Origin: Phoronis australis
Lineage: Eukaryota; Animalia; Phoronida
Assembly: GCA_002633005.1 (NCBI GenBank)
Contig: NMRA01000715.1
Location: 90,971-154,970, forward strand
Direction of reading: 5' to 3'
DNA: 64,000 nt
Positions 62,599 to 64,000 of this stretch are shown here, piece by piece. The notes under the pieces are model-generated. The model was given only the letters and a program-made list of their open reading frames with translations. It was not told the origin of the DNA and ran no database searches. The stretch's first letter is position 1. Every line of letters starts with the position of its first letter. The translations under genes and the position numbers were made by a program.

Positions 62599-63612
62599 CA
62601 GTGGCGGATCTAGGATATCACAAGGGGGGGGGGGCCAACATTTTGTCCGGCTGGAAGCATTTGCGCAAACTGAACCACAATTGTAGATGCGCATAGCACC
62701 GAATGGGGGGAGGTCGGGAGGGGGGTTTGCCCCCCTCCCGCCCAGGAAATTTTTCTGTTTTTACCTCTAAAAATCAAGCATTTGCCTTGATTCCTGAAGT
62801 ATTATCCAAGAAAAAAAGGCGAAAAAAAAAACACGGAGAACGTGTCAAACAGGAAAAAAATGCATGTCTCAAAGACTCGAACTCACGACCTAGAGGGTAG
62901 CGCGCGCGTACGTTACCACTACACCACCACGATTTAACTACAACTCTCATACTAAAAGACTTACTTGTTTATGGGCCACAGCGTTTGCGCGCGTAACCTA
63001 CTTCTTTTTGTAATGCTTATTACACGTTTTATATTTTGTGCCATCAATTCTTAACAAATTTGTCGTATTTGAAATAGTCTTCAAATGCCCAAAAGACCAA
63101 ATCCATTTTTCGTGTTGGCAATAATGACGGGATTGCTTTGGAAACCGTCTTAAGATAAGGTTTGACAAAGAGAGTATTGCGAGTTTCTGAGTGATTCACT
63201 AAGGCTTCGATTAAAATTCACATCTTACCAGCAGCTTCTGTTTTTTCATCGCCACTCAGGTTCCATTTTCTTTAAAAAATGAAGTAAAATTTCTTCATTG
63301 TACAGTGGAGCAGACGGAAACGGAGTCGTAGTGCACAGCGCCGCTGCCGGTCGCCTAGGATATCGCGGGAGATTCTATACTTAGCCATAGTTCCGTTACG
63401 AACGCGCCGTGTTCCGAATTTGACACTTGAAATTGGATTTGAGCCCCCCCCCCAACACTAAAACTGCACACATTTAAATCTCTTTTCATCCGTATAATTT
63501 TAATTACCGGGGTTAATTAATAAACTCACCATTTCCGTACGCTCTTACTGTTTTATTTTTTTTTGCGGCAGCCAAGGGGGGGGGGGCCGGGCCCCCCCTA
63601 AATCCGCCTATG
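62599..63612. mobile_element. Complete ~1-kb non-autonomous hAT-like element with 5-bp TSD (CGATA)
   Basis: CGATA|CAGTGGCGGATCTAGG ... CCTAAATCCGCCTATG|CGATA. A second copy of the right part lies at 17713-18059. Confidence 0.85.
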
Positions 63613-64000
63613 CGATAATGTCGTGCCTTTTTCGTCTGTCACAGAACGACTGACCTAGGCTAATAAGGAATACACACTGACGTTGACTTAGGCGAAGTGA
63701 ATGCATGCTATGGTTGTTATGAGGTTATGATCTCCCGCCAAGTATAGTGTATTGTCTGTACCAATCCAATGCGATAGATGGCGCTAGCTTACATTGTAGT
63801 CCAGCGTAAACTACTGCCAACCTTTACTTTTATCTGGTCGGTCATCTACCCATGTTATCACATGCGGGTATTATCATTTGAAAAAACATGACACTAGCTT
63901 GTTATGTGAGGCATCAGAAACAATTCCATATATCGCATTTATGTTGTTGATAACCTGCTGCTTCCCAACTTCATCCGATAACCGAGATTTCCCAGGAGTT

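Overview
Eukaryotic, intron-rich genomic DNA from a draft assembly, with N gaps at 17042-17712, 21494-21683 and 40037-40702 and single Ns at 1079 and 35967. The ShKT/three-finger protein and the repeat families suggest a mollusc or other lophotrochozoan (inference). I reconstructed five host genes by hand from GT-AG junctions with consistent phases: (1) a 4xShKT + Thr-rich + Ly6/uPAR-like protein (+, first exon not found); (2) a secreted, probably GPI-anchored single-reeler protein (+); (3) a cytochrome b561 (CYBRD1/CYB561A3-like, -) with two homologous alternative last exons; (4) an 8-exon aldo-keto reductase (+); (5) an intronless CCDC153/DRC12 (-). Upstream of the b561 coding exons, on the same strand and probably in its first intron, lies an intact 586-aa piggyBac transposase. 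It is preceded by an in-frame splice acceptor and flanked by long, diverged inverted arms. The rest is MITEs and foldbacks (including a 1.5-kb palindrome), a decayed piggyBac, an L1/Tx1 3' fragment, Helentron-like repeats, a THAP remnant, minisatellites and two direct duplications that may be assembly artefacts. Identities are judged by eye and no database searches were run.
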